Below are positions 44,728-51,796 of a stretch of DNA of 64,000 bases, piece by piece; the first letter of the stretch is position 1; every line of letters begins with the position of its first letter. The notes under the pieces are model-generated. The model was not told where the DNA came from, ran no database searches, and was given only the letters and a program-made list of their open reading frames with translations. The stretch comes from Synechococcus sp. (GTDB lineage: Bacteria > Cyanobacteriota > Cyanobacteriia > PCC-6307 > Cyanobiaceae): contig JBJBDL010000003.1 in the NCBI GenBank assembly GCA_047285305.1, positions 352,001 through 416,000 on the forward strand. The letters are read 5' to 3'. The position numbers and the translations under genes were made by a program.

Positions 44728-46511
44728 CGCTGCCGGGTCCGTTCCCACTCCGCCAGCACCTTCTTGGCCATGGGCAGAGCGTGGACCGACCCACCTCCAG
44801 GGGTGTTCTGGGCAAAGGCCACCACCACTATTTTGCCATCGGGATACGGGGCATAGCAGCCGAACCAGGCGTGATCAGGTCCTCCCGTGCTGTCTTCAGC
44901 CGTTCCGGTTTTGCCAGCCGCCGCAGGAATGCCAGGGCCTTTTAGGCCGGCACCAGTCCCGGCCTCCACTACTTTGCGCAGGCCCTCCCGGATCGTCTGC
45001 AACGTTGATGGCTTCATAGGCACCTTGGTGCGGTGCTCCGAACTCATCCAGTCGATCTCAACGGCGGCGAGATGCGGCGTCACCAACCAACCACCATTAG
45101 CGAACACCGCATAGGCGCGGGCCAACTGCAAGGGAGTGATCTGCACAACGGACTGACCGATGGAGGCACTGGCCATGTCCTCAGGGATCCATGGAGTGGT
45201 GCCGGGATCGGTCCAGCCGCGGCCACGGGCAGCCCATTCTTCATCTCCCACCAGTCCGACACTCTCTTCCCAGCCGATCTCAATGCCAGTTTTCTGCTGG
45301 AAGCCCAACTGATCAGCCGCCTGTTTGAGGGCCTTGGAGCCGACCCCAACACCCACTTGGTAGAAGAAGGTGTTGCTGGAGAAACGCAGGGCATCCGCAT
45401 AGCCGATGTAGCCGAAACCAGCCCCGTTGTGCTCCAGGAAGCAATGGCCGCCATAGGTGATGCAGGCCGTGGTTTGGAGATTGGTATCAGGCGGGAATTT
45501 GCCAGACTCCATGCCCGCCATCGCCGTCACCGGCTTCCAGGTGCTGCCGGGGTCATAGGGATTCATGGCCCGGGACAGCAACGGCTTCTTCGGATTGGAG
45601 AAGAGGGCGTCGTACTCCTTCTGGGTGGTGATCAGCTTGGAGAAGAAGTTCGGATCAAAACTGGGACGGCTGGCCAAAGCCAACACAGCACCCGTGGCGG
45701 CCTCAAGCGCCACAACGGCGCCACCGGGCTTGTCTGCCAGCGCCTGCTCCGCCACCCGCTGCAGATCCAGGTCGAGGGTGAGCACCAGATCCTTTCCTGC
45801 TTGAGACGGTTGATCGCCCAGGTTGCGCTGGACCTCGCCCATGGCATTCACCTCGAGCATCTGGCCGCCCCACTTCCCGCGCAGATGGCGCTCGTAAGCC
45901 GCTTCAACTCCGGTACGACCAATCCGATCGCGGATCTTGTAGCCCTTCTTCGCCAGGATTTCGAATTCACTTTCCGTGATCGGCTGGGTGTAGCCGAGGG
46001 CGTGAGCCGCCAGGGTTCCATTGGGATAGGAGCGCAGGATGTCGACATCCACCTGGGCACCCCGCAACCCCAGGGCCTGCTCCTGGAAGCGCAGCACCTG
46101 TTCCGGCTTGAGATCGAGGGCCAACGTGGTGCGGTAACCATCCCGATCCAGGCCCTTTTGCCGGCGCTGGTCGAGCAGATCAGGCTTCAGGCTCAGCAGC
46201 CGTGCCAAGCGATCCCGCAGATCCGGCCAGTCGTCATCGCTGACCAGACGCGGCTCAAGGTACAGGGAGTAAGTGAGTTTGCTGGTGGCCAGCACCCGGC
46301 CTTTGCGATCAAGCAACCGACCGCGAATGGGCGAGCGAGGCACCAGACGGATGCGATTTTCATCCGCCAGTTCACGAAAGCGGGACCCTTCCAGCAGCTG
46401 CATCCAAACCAGGCGGCTGACCATGGCGCTGCAGAACAGCAGCACCAACACCAGCAGCACCAGGGGTTGCTGACGCAGACCAGTCTGACGCTGCTGGGCG
46501 GAACGGGTCAT
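44724..46511 (-). CDS. mrdA: Penicillin-binding protein 2
   Basis: RGRLLDR dimerisation domain; PGSTWK (SxxK), SSN, KTGT motifs. Confidence 0.92.
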   Translation of the reverse strand: MTRSAQQRQTGLRQQPLVLLVLVLLFCSAMVSRLVWMQLLEGSRFRELADENRIRLVPRSPIRGRLLDRKGRVLATSKLTYSLYLEPRLVSDDDWPDLRDRLARLLSLKPDLLDQRRQKGLDRDGYRTTLALDLKPEQVLRFQEQALGLRGAQVDVDILRSYPNGTLAAHALGYTQPITESEFEILAKKGYKIRDRIGRTGVEAAYERHLRGKWGGQMLEVNAMGEVQRNLGDQPSQAGKDLVLTLDLDLQRVAEQALADKPGGAVVALEAATGAVLALASRPSFDPNFFSKLITTQKEYDALFSNPKKPLLSRAMNPYDPGSTWKPVTAMAGMESGKFPPDTNLQTTACITYGGHCFLEHNGAGFGYIGYADALRFSSNTFFYQVGVGVGSKALKQAADQLGFQQKTGIEIGWEESVGLVGDEEWAARGRGWTDPGTTPWIPEDMASASIGQSVVQITPLQLARAYAVFANGGWLVTPHLAAVEIDWMSSEHRTKVPMKPSTLQTIREGLRKVVEAGTGAGLKGPGIPAAAGKTGTAEDSTGGPDHAWFGCYAPYPDGKIVVVAFAQNTPGGGSVHALPMAKKVLAEWERTRQR

Positions 46512-46891
46512 TCCGGCTGGTGCGCTGGCAAACGGCGGCGCAACTCCTCGAGGTGCTCTTCAATCCGGCTCAAGGTCGGCAGCAAGTCGTCGGGGCCGTC
46601 CTGGTCAACCGTTGCCGGTTCGTCCACAGATACCGAAACCGGCATCACCGGATTGCCCAGCCCGGGGCTCACAGCATCCAGCTGTTCTCGCACGTCGCGG
46701 GCCACGGGCTCACCCTCCTGACGCAAATCAGCGATGGGGTCCTCCGAGCCGGCCGTAAACGCCTCCACCACTTTGCCGGGACCACCCTGCCGGGCCCGTT
46801 CCAGCACGGCCAGCCCCACAGGGAGCACGTCCTGCATCAAGGACAGACGCAACTGGTCGAGCGGGTTGTCGGAGTTGGAATCAGCGGCCAT
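46508..46891 (-). CDS. Conserved hypothetical protein
   Basis: 127-aa ORF whose stop overlaps the mrdA start. Confidence 0.75.
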   Translation of the reverse strand: MAADSNSDNPLDQLRLSLMQDVLPVGLAVLERARQGGPGKVVEAFTAGSEDPIADLRQEGEPVARDVREQLDAVSPGLGNPVMPVSVSVDEPATVDQDGPDDLLPTLSRIEEHLEELRRRLPAHQPE

Positions 46892-46900
46892 GGGGCCAGA

Positions 46901-47512
46901 TCAACGGACCCCAGTCTGTCCCGAAGGAAGGGCCAATGTTGGACAAGCGGAACGGTCCGCCGCCAGGGACCAGCCCATCACACCACTGAGCACCATCAGC
47001 ATCACAAAAGGCACCAGTGCTTTCTGGGTGGTGTCCAGCAGGATCCACTCGCTCCAGGCACGCCAGAAGCGGCTGCGCTCAAAGCGGCGGTGCTCACGGG
47101 TTTCGTCGCGCTGACGCCGCCGGATCGCCTTGTCCACCCAACGCTCGAAGGCCCGCTTCTTGGTGATCGTCATCTTGCGTTCCACCTCGAGCATCTGCCC
47201 GGAACCCAGTTCAGGATGGAAGGTGCTGATCAGCTCCAGGCTCTTTAGGAACATCTCCACAGCGCCATCGTGGACTGCGGTGGCGTGATCATCCAGCTGT
47301 CCCCAGTCGAGTTCGGGGTAAAAACGACTGCGGTTGGCCGTGATCTGATCCTCCGTCAACTGGCCGGGCTCCCGCAGCCAGCGATCGGTGTTGCTGTCGA
47401 ACCGTCGCCAGTAAAGAAAGGGGTTCAGATAGATCGTGCGACCACCCAGCTGAATGCTGTCCTGCTGCAGCCGACGCTGCAGCTGAACATCTTGCTGATG
47501 TGTCGCCGTCAT
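46901..47512 (-). CDS. Conserved hypothetical membrane protein
   Basis: 203 aa, NPFLYWRRFDSNTDRWLREPG, C-terminal TM; co-oriented with mrdA. Confidence 0.8.
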   Translation of the reverse strand: MTATHQQDVQLQRRLQQDSIQLGGRTIYLNPFLYWRRFDSNTDRWLREPGQLTEDQITANRSRFYPELDWGQLDDHATAVHDGAVEMFLKSLELISTFHPELGSGQMLEVERKMTITKKRAFERWVDKAIRRRQRDETREHRRFERSRFWRAWSEWILLDTTQKALVPFVMLMVLSGVMGWSLAADRSACPTLALPSGQTGVR

Positions 47513-47703
47513 ATCCCAAAGGCCGGTGGCCCAAGGTATCGGTGATGCAGGGCCGTCGCCAGCCGTGATTCAGCCTGCGTAGGGCGGGAGAACCCTAAAG
47601 GGTCCAATATTTTGCATTTGACGTCGGATGCTTCTTTAACGATTTTAGCGAAAACCATTGACAATACTTTTACAAGAAGCAGAAAAATAGGGAATCTATT
47701 TTT

Positions 47704-48477
47704 TTATCTCTTGGCAATCAAGAAATACCATGGCATTAAAATGGGTCCTGATTTCTGGAGCAATGTGCCATCTTTAGCCTCAATCGAATATGTCCCCATC
47801 TTATTGATGTCATCAGGTCTCGAGATGGGTGTGACTAAGTCAAATTGTTTCCAAATAAAATCTTTGAATCCGTTGTTACGCAAGCAATCCTCAACCAATG
47901 GAATACTGTAGATATTGTAAGGAAAACTTGTGTGATTTTCGGACGACCCTGCATAGGTTTTAATCGTAATCTCTGCTTCAATAAATCCTTCGTAGAAAAG
48001 AGAAGAGATTGCAATCCACTTGCTACCTAGATTGCAGAGTTGAATTAGAGACTCTCTCCAATTTGTCAACCATGACATAGTCTGCAAAAACAAAATACCA
48101 TCAATTTCGACACTTTTTTCTCTTGCTGCCCTGCCAAGCTGCCCAAGATTATAAATATCTGCCTGCCTAAAAGAGACTGCGTTAAATCTGTCAGATTTCG
48201 CCTTCGATTTGTAATCTTCAGCAATTGAGAGGAATTCTTCTTGGTGGTCAAATCCAATTGCGTGTTTAAGCGCAAATCTATTTGCGGCATAAAAGATATT
48301 GGCTCCGCTTCCACAGCATGCATCAACTACTGAAGTCCCAGGCGGCATTAACTTTTCTTTTTCAAGGAAGTCAAAGAAAGCGACGGTCGACTGGTAGGGA
48401 TTATTTAATTGCCTCGTAAAATATTCCATATTGGAATTTTCACTATTCCATTCACTGGATTGTTGCGTCTTATCCAT
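47704..48477 (-). CDS. Class I SAM-dependent methyltransferase (AT-rich, island)
   Basis: VVDACCGSGAN motif I, GFD, ADIY; markedly AT-richer than flanks. Confidence 0.8.
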   Translation of the reverse strand: MDKTQQSSEWNSENSNMEYFTRQLNNPYQSTVAFFDFLEKEKLMPPGTSVVDACCGSGANIFYAANRFALKHAIGFDHQEEFLSIAEDYKSKAKSDRFNAVSFRQADIYNLGQLGRAAREKSVEIDGILFLQTMSWLTNWRESLIQLCNLGSKWIAISSLFYEGFIEAEITIKTYAGSSENHTSFPYNIYSIPLVEDCLRNNGFKDFIWKQFDLVTPISRPDDINKMGTYSIEAKDGTLLQKSGPILMPWYFLIAKR

Positions 48478-48541
48478 GTCTCAGAGGGCGCTACTATATC
48501 TAAGTTAGCACAGCATCTTCGCTTTTAAATATCTAATTTTC

Positions 48542-48972
48542 TTATTCATATCTCTTCATCAGCATCTTCACCTGTTGTCGGACAGTGTTCTTTTCCATCT
48601 CTGCCCTGAAACTACCGTCTGATTTATTCTTCTGTGATTTCCCTCTGGGCCTGCAATTCTGAATGCCAACCCACGTCGGATATTTGCCAATAGCAACATT
48701 CCATGCATTCACAAATTCAATTGCATAGGTGTTAATGGCATTGCTGAGGGTGATGGCAGTTGACAGCTAGCAGGAATCTCTCGGACACTTCAGCAGGTAT
48801 ATGGATTGATTCTCTGCAACATACATCACTGCTTTTTTCTGCTACAGCATGGACACTGCAGATTAGTGAAGGTGTAGTGACCGTTGTATCTGCTACTAGA
48901 TTCTCTGCCACCAAACTTGCTACTTAGATTCATGGCATGGGGATAATAGTTTGATACACAAAGTTGATTCAT
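48542..48972 (-). pseudogene. Decayed small zinc-ribbon protein gene
   Basis: MNQLCVSN...LQCPCCSRK / AVMYVAENQSIYLLKCPRDSC*LSTAITL...MKRYE. Frameshift at T6 48833-48838; in-frame TAG at 48767-48769. Confidence 0.5.
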
Positions 48973-49100
48973 TTCTACTTGCTCTATTGATATGAGTATC
49001 AATCTCCAAAGGCTTCCGATTGGTCACGGCTTCCCCCCTGTCGTCCGCAGAGGCAACAGACCTTCTACGACTTCTTCACATAGAAGATGACGGGTGACAT

Positions 49101-49169
49101 GGGGTAGTTGCGGGGTAGTAGGTCTCGCAAAAACCTGTCGTGACGGCGACCCCGAAGTTAAGGGGTAGT
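49101..49169 (+). repeat. Three GGGGTAGT direct repeats (arm-type-like sites of an older guaA-inserted element)
   Basis: Copies at 49101, 49112 (11-bp spacing) and 49162. Confidence 0.55.
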
Positions 49170-49207
49170 CAAACAATCCAGTGATACCAATCGGTTAGGC
49201 CTTGTGC

Positions 49208-49220
49208 ACTATTCCCACTC
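49208..49220 (+). repeat. att core: duplicate of the guaA 3' end (left boundary)
   Basis: ACTATTCCCACTC versus ACTACTCCCACTC at 51796-51808; the minus strand reads GAG TGG GAA TAG = E-W-E-stop. Confidence 0.85.
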
Positions 49221-49279
49221 AGTAGTTGGGACTTCCCGTTCTCCTGCTGGGAACTGAGGTCTGCGAACTGACTCTAGGC

Positions 49280-49425
49280 GGGGAAACCGAGGTGAAACCC
49301 CAAAAGACCGGTCTGAGAGGGTCCTGGAGGGGTTAGACGACGCCTCTACAGAGAAGTCGCAGAGAACTTTCTACGACGTCGCCTGTAGAGGAATCGGGTT
49401 TTGGTCGGGTGAAACCCGGGTGAAA
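49280..49425 (+). repeat. Left-arm GGTGAAA repeats plus CCTCTACAG/CTGTAGAGG inverted repeat
   Basis: GGGGAAA at 49280 and GGTGAAA at 49291; GGTGAAA at 49408 and 49419; inverted repeat at 49343 and 49383. Confidence 0.75.
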
Positions 49426-49454
49426 GTCCTGCGCTTGGGAAGAGTTCATCAGAC

Positions 49455-50085
49455 AAAAAAGACCTCTGAGGTTTCCCACCCTCAGAGGTCCTGTCCTCTC
49501 GTTCTGACGCCCCATCACCTTCCTCCTCGTCTCTGGTGATGAGGAGTAGGAGAACCGTCAGAAATGGTGGTGAGGACCGTTCATGGTTCGGTCGCCCGCA
49601 GGCAATAAAAAAGGCGGCAGGGAATGCCGCCACTAAGGGGACGTATGCGTCGAAGGTGCTGTCGTTCCAGCGAACCCACCCTCTTGAAACCACCAGCGCT
49701 GCCGTGGGTGCCGTTTACGAACTGCCAAAAAAAGGAGGGTCCCTAATCCCTCCCCGTACGACGCATCGTCCCCTCACCGAAGGGAACAAAACCAAGGTGA
49801 TGGAAGAAATACCTACGAGTCGTCGCCATCACGACAAAACGTCGCTGGTGTAAGGCAACCAAGAAAAAGGAGGGTTCCCTACTCCCTCCCTCGATGACGC
49901 ATTCACCCCTTCCGAAGAAGGTTGAGCGGATGATCGCCACGCCACGGACCTGGTGCCATCCGTAGAAGCGCCCATTGAGAAGGGGGGCAAGCGGTACCCC
50001 CCTAAAGGTCGTTGAGACCTGGTTACTGCTTCAGCGGTCTCTGACCTCATCCCTGGTCTAAGGCGGGTCGGAGCACCAGGACATG
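49455..50085 (-). ncRNA. Putative structured non-coding RNA array with four tandem terminator-ended units
   Basis: Hairpin + U-tract on the minus strand at 49455-49490, 49607-49631, 49727-49753 and 49864-49889. Units 3 and 4 are homologous. Many further stems; no convincing ORF. Confidence 0.55.
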
Positions 50086-50100
50086 AGCGGAACTACTGCT

Positions 50101-50346
50101 TCAGGGTTCAGCAGTCGCACCCCATAGCGGTCTCGTCTTCTTCCACCCCTGCGTCTGAAGCGACTTCCACAACTGCTCTGCGGCGTCCTTCCTGAGATAC
50201 CGACGCTCCTTCAGCAGTGGTGGTCCTTCAGGCATTGATCGCCCTCGGTCGATGAAGACCTTGGGATCTCTTACCCAGGCGGAGTTGTCCCGATGGAATC
50301 TCCAGACCCAGTGGTCGTTGGCATCAATCAACCATCCCTCTTTCAT
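50101..50346 (-). CDS. DUF1651-like picocyanobacterial protein
   Basis: MKEGWLID..WVWRFHRD...PPLLKERRYL...A..LW..L...GW; start overlaps the upstream stop (TGATG). Confidence 0.75.
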   Translation of the reverse strand: MKEGWLIDANDHWVWRFHRDNSAWVRDPKVFIDRGRSMPEGPPLLKERRYLRKDAAEQLWKSLQTQGWKKTRPLWGATAEP

Positions 50347-50576
50347 CACGCCACCTCCGGGCACCAACCCACTTCCGCTTGCCTGCGGACCATCCAGTTG
50401 CGACACCTCTTGATGAGGTGTTCTCCGTGAGGGACCTGGCGACGCTGAAGACCACAGGTCAGCAACGTGTGGCAGTGCTGCTCGCAGACATAAGAGAAGT
50501 GCTGGCAGGTCATGCAGACGCACGACGACCTGGTCTGCTTCAGACCATCCACAAAGTCCCATTCCTCTTCCGCCAT
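50346..50576 (-). CDS. Small Cys/His-rich protein (CMTCQHF...C...C)
   Basis: 76 aa with GGAGG RBS. I recall this family occurring next to DUF1651 in picocyanobacteria. Confidence 0.75.
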   Translation of the reverse strand: MAEEEWDFVDGLKQTRSSCVCMTCQHFSYVCEQHCHTLLTCGLQRRQVPHGEHLIKRCRNWMVRRQAEVGWCPEVA

Positions 50577-50593
50577 CGAAGCCTCCTTTTGAG

Positions 50594-50609
50594 TAGTTCA
50601 TATGTTCTA
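50594..50609. promoter_or_regulatory. LexA-box-like palindrome
   Basis: TAGAACA-TA-TGAACTA on the minus strand versus the picocyanobacterial consensus TAGTACA-N2-TGTACTA; 18 nt upstream of the ATG at 50576. Confidence 0.6.
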
Positions 50610-50651
50610 CTCCTGGCTTGAGGGGTTGGGTCAAGGGGGAAATCGGAAGAT

Positions 50652-51554
50652 TCAGTCGCTAGAGAAGTGATCCCATCGCCAGTCCAGTGCCTCCTTACTT
50701 GGAGCGAGTCTTAGGTGACTGGCATTAGAGCGAGTCACTCCAAGCGACTTGAGGTCATGCCCTGTCGCAGGGATGACCTCCAAAGAAGTTGGGTCCAGGC
50801 ACCACTTACCCATGTCAAACAGCGCGTGATGGTTGCGGCAAAGAAGCAACCCGTTCCCGCTGTCGTCGCTTCCGTTTTCACTGACAGGGACGATGTGCGC
50901 TGCCTCGATCACCTCCGCAGGAGCGCCACACAGGGCGCACTGCTTGATGCCGTAACGCCTAACAACTGCTGCTCTGAACGCTGCCTGACTGCGCTTCTTG
51001 GTGACTAACTCCTTCTTGGTCGTCTCCCTTGCTTGGAAGCAAGACCCCTCTTCGTCCGCAGGCAGTTTGTAGTCCCTTCTCCCACCAAGCGAGAAGGTAA
51101 AAACCAAGTTGCCGCTGATCGGGTCGTCCTCCAGGAACTCGATTCGATCAACCCTGCGCTTTGGACCTTTGCTTTGGACCAACTCACCCTTGGCGTTGGT
51201 GTCTCTGATGAGGAAGACAGGTAGTCCCAACTCCAGCGCTGACCGCATGGAGTCGATGTCTCCTTCGTCGTGTCCAGGTTTTTCGGTTAGTGGGTAGTCG
51301 TAAATGCCGATGTCTCCATCGATCTCGTCTTCGTATTTCCCTCTGCTGCTGATCCCAACGCATATTCCGTGACCTGAAGAGGTCAGGTCAGAAGTCGATT
51401 TTTTATCTCGCCAGATACCTCTAGCGCCCTTGTAGCAACCGATCTCTTGCACCTCCCCCGCAACCAGCGGTCTCTCCTGTTGGATGCGTTGGACCGCTTC
51501 CCACATGGCGGATCGCCTTTCCCGTTCTGCCTGGAGGAGTGCTTGGTGATCCAT
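50652..51554 (-). CDS. SRA-like/HNH endonuclease (putative modification-dependent restriction enzyme)
   Basis: C-terminal CALCG...EAAHIVP....G.D...NGLLLCRNHHALFD (HNH). N-terminal GISSRGKYEDE.DGD...YDYP...MRSALELGLPVFLIRD resembles SRA/YDG. Confidence 0.75.
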   Translation of the reverse strand: MDHQALLQAERERRSAMWEAVQRIQQERPLVAGEVQEIGCYKGARGIWRDKKSTSDLTSSGHGICVGISSRGKYEDEIDGDIGIYDYPLTEKPGHDEGDIDSMRSALELGLPVFLIRDTNAKGELVQSKGPKRRVDRIEFLEDDPISGNLVFTFSLGGRRDYKLPADEEGSCFQARETTKKELVTKKRSQAAFRAAVVRRYGIKQCALCGAPAEVIEAAHIVPVSENGSDDSGNGLLLCRNHHALFDMGKWCLDPTSLEVIPATGHDLKSLGVTRSNASHLRLAPSKEALDWRWDHFSSD

Positions 51555-51586
51555 GAACCCATGCTGCCGCCTTTGAAGGGGCGTCT

Positions 51587-51755
51587 CTCTACGAAATCTC
51601 TACGCGTCGTAGAGGAACGTCCGTAGAGAACCCAAAGGTTCCACGACATCTCTGTGGAGAGAGCGAAAGGGCATCAGGTGAAATCCGGGTGAAACCGAAC
51701 CTCCAAACCCCTTGTCCCTCAGCACCCCCTATACGGGGTCAGAGCACGGGTGAAA
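51587..51755 (+). repeat. Right-arm CTCTACG/CGTAGAG and GGTGAAA repeats
   Basis: CTCTACG at 51587 and 51598; CGTAGAG at 51608 and 51622; GGTGAAA at 51677, 51688 and 51749. Confidence 0.75.
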
Positions 51756-51796
51756 CCCCCTACAGGTAGTCCTAGTCAGGGATTAGACCCCCTGAA

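Noticed and set aside
9813..46721. Many long antisense or alternative-frame ORFs (e.g. 9813-10667, 24987-26285, 32939-34450, 42345-43649, 45033-46721)
   Set aside because: Shadow ORFs of high-GC core genes, with no recognisable motifs.
49455..49930. CRISPR array interpretation of the repeated hairpin units
   Set aside because: The repeats are not identical, the spacing (120-150 nt) is too long and irregular, the hairpins end in U-tracts, and there are no cas genes.
49333..50050. ORFs 49346-49693, 49536-49853, 49743-49940 and 49829-50050 as proteins or type I toxins
   Set aside because: They cross several terminator hairpins, lack a clear RBS or motif, and overlap each other. A very short peptide cannot be excluded.
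50101..50634. Single 177-aa ORF
   Set aside because: Better explained as two coupled genes (50346-50576 and 50101-50346); the extension overlaps the Cys-rich gene in another frame.
49455..51554. IscB/HEARO (OMEGA) or retron system
   Set aside because: The HNH protein has no PLMP or split RuvC motifs, and there is no reverse transcriptase in the window.
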